A stretch of 24,000 nucleotides of DNA from Aureispira sp. (lineage in GTDB: Bacteria > Bacteroidota > Bacteroidia > Chitinophagales > Saprospiraceae): assembly GCA_045105775.1 (NCBI GenBank), contig JBGCDW010000054.1, positions 27,559-51,558 of the forward strand, in the 5' to 3' direction. The notes under the pieces were generated by a model that searched no databases, had not been told where the DNA came from, and saw nothing but the letters and a program-made list of their open reading frames with translations. The first letter of the stretch is position 1. Each line of letters begins with the position of its first letter. The translations under genes were made by a program, and so were the position numbers. Of this stretch, positions 23,556 through 24,000 are shown one piece after another.

Positions 23556-24000
23556 ATGAAAGTATTTTTTCTCTCCTTTTGTTTATTAATTATTGCCACA
23601 ATCACCCAAGCACAGCAAGAGCCTGTCTTGGACACCGTAGCCGTGCTCAACGCCCAAAAAGCACTAGAAGAAGCAGAAATTTTGTATAGCATAGAACATA
23701 TCAATTATGCCAAGGCTGCCCTAGAATTGAGTGTACTGTACATGCAAGTGCCTGATTTGGTATATGAATGGGAAGACATTGCTTTAGAATCCTTGTCCAA
23801 AATTCGACAAGAAGAAGGGGCAGAAAGCAGTGTTTACAAAGCATCTATTGCCAAGCTTCCCAAGCCACTCGATCAGCTATTTGATAGCCAATTGGCACTA
23901 GAAGAAGCCGAAGCCACTAAAAACGAAAACCCTGCTTTGTACGTCGAAAAGCTTTTCTGGCGAGCCAAGATTTTTATAGACAATGATGATTTAGAATCTT
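23556..24000 (+). CDS. Secreted hypothetical protein, 5' portion (runs off the right edge); possibly helical-repeat
   Basis: This ORF is not in the supplied track. I translated it by hand: ATG 23556 gives MKVFFLSFCLLIIATITQAQQEPVLDTVAVLNAQKALEEAEILYSIEHINYAKAALELS... It has a clear signal peptide and the frame stays open to position 24000. Confidence 0.6.
   Translation, partial: MKVFFLSFCLLIIATITQAQQEPVLDTVAVLNAQKALEEAEILYSIEHINYAKAALELSVLYMQVPDLVYEWEDIALESLSKIRQEEGAESSVYKASIAKLPKPLDQLFDSQLALEEAEATKNENPALYVEKLFWRAKIFIDNDDLES

Noticed and set aside
23556-24000. Downstream partial ORF as the PorP/SprF partner of the giant cargo
   Set aside because: It shares only the generic signal-peptide end ...AQQ-x-P. 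It lacks the following [FY]-S-Q-Y block and continues as a helical Glu/Ala/Leu-rich sequence rather than a beta-barrel-like one.

Overview
The window looks like chromosomal DNA from a Bacteroidota-type genome. This is inferred from a T9SS type-B C-terminal sorting domain, SprB-type repeats, TAnnTTTG promoter boxes and the absence of Shine-Dalgarno sequences; a Saprospiraceae/Cytophagia-like source is only a guess. The first ~11 kb carries ordinary, mostly plus-strand genes: the 3' end of a C1B aminopeptidase, a SAM methyltransferase, a thioredoxin-fold protein, a minus-strand lipoprotein, an SDR + AraC pair, a Cys/Met-metabolism PLP enzyme, an AlkB-type membrane hydroxylase, a membrane protein translationally coupled to a TraB/GumN protein, and a DbpA-like DEAD-box helicase. 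This stretch is interrupted at 2232-3064 by an 833-bp decayed accessory patch holding a truncated PIN/VapC remnant and hairpin-dense non-coding DNA. Next comes a solo minus-strand IS200/RAYT-like Y1 transposase gene, whose predicted catalytic Tyr is a Cys, with a nested palindrome beside it. The window is dominated by one 10,980-nt ORF (11819-22798, 3,659 aa). Its layout is signal peptide, a unique Cys-rich ~140-aa head, 10 tandem ~153-aa four-cysteine modules of unassigned family, 23 SprB-type repeats, an Ig-like module and a T9SS type-B C-terminal domain. It is followed by a 757-bp gene-free AT-rich spacer with four terminator-like hairpins, two of which are diverged copies with a conserved loop and compensatory stem changes. 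The 5' end of a secreted-protein gene then runs off the window. I found no rRNA, tRNA or CRISPR array. I see no multi-gene defence or mobile system. The best candidate for something undescribed is the four-Cys module array and head domain of the giant T9SS cargo, followed by the Tyr-to-Cys RAYT and the structured non-coding elements. All family assignments come from reading motifs by eye; no database search was run.
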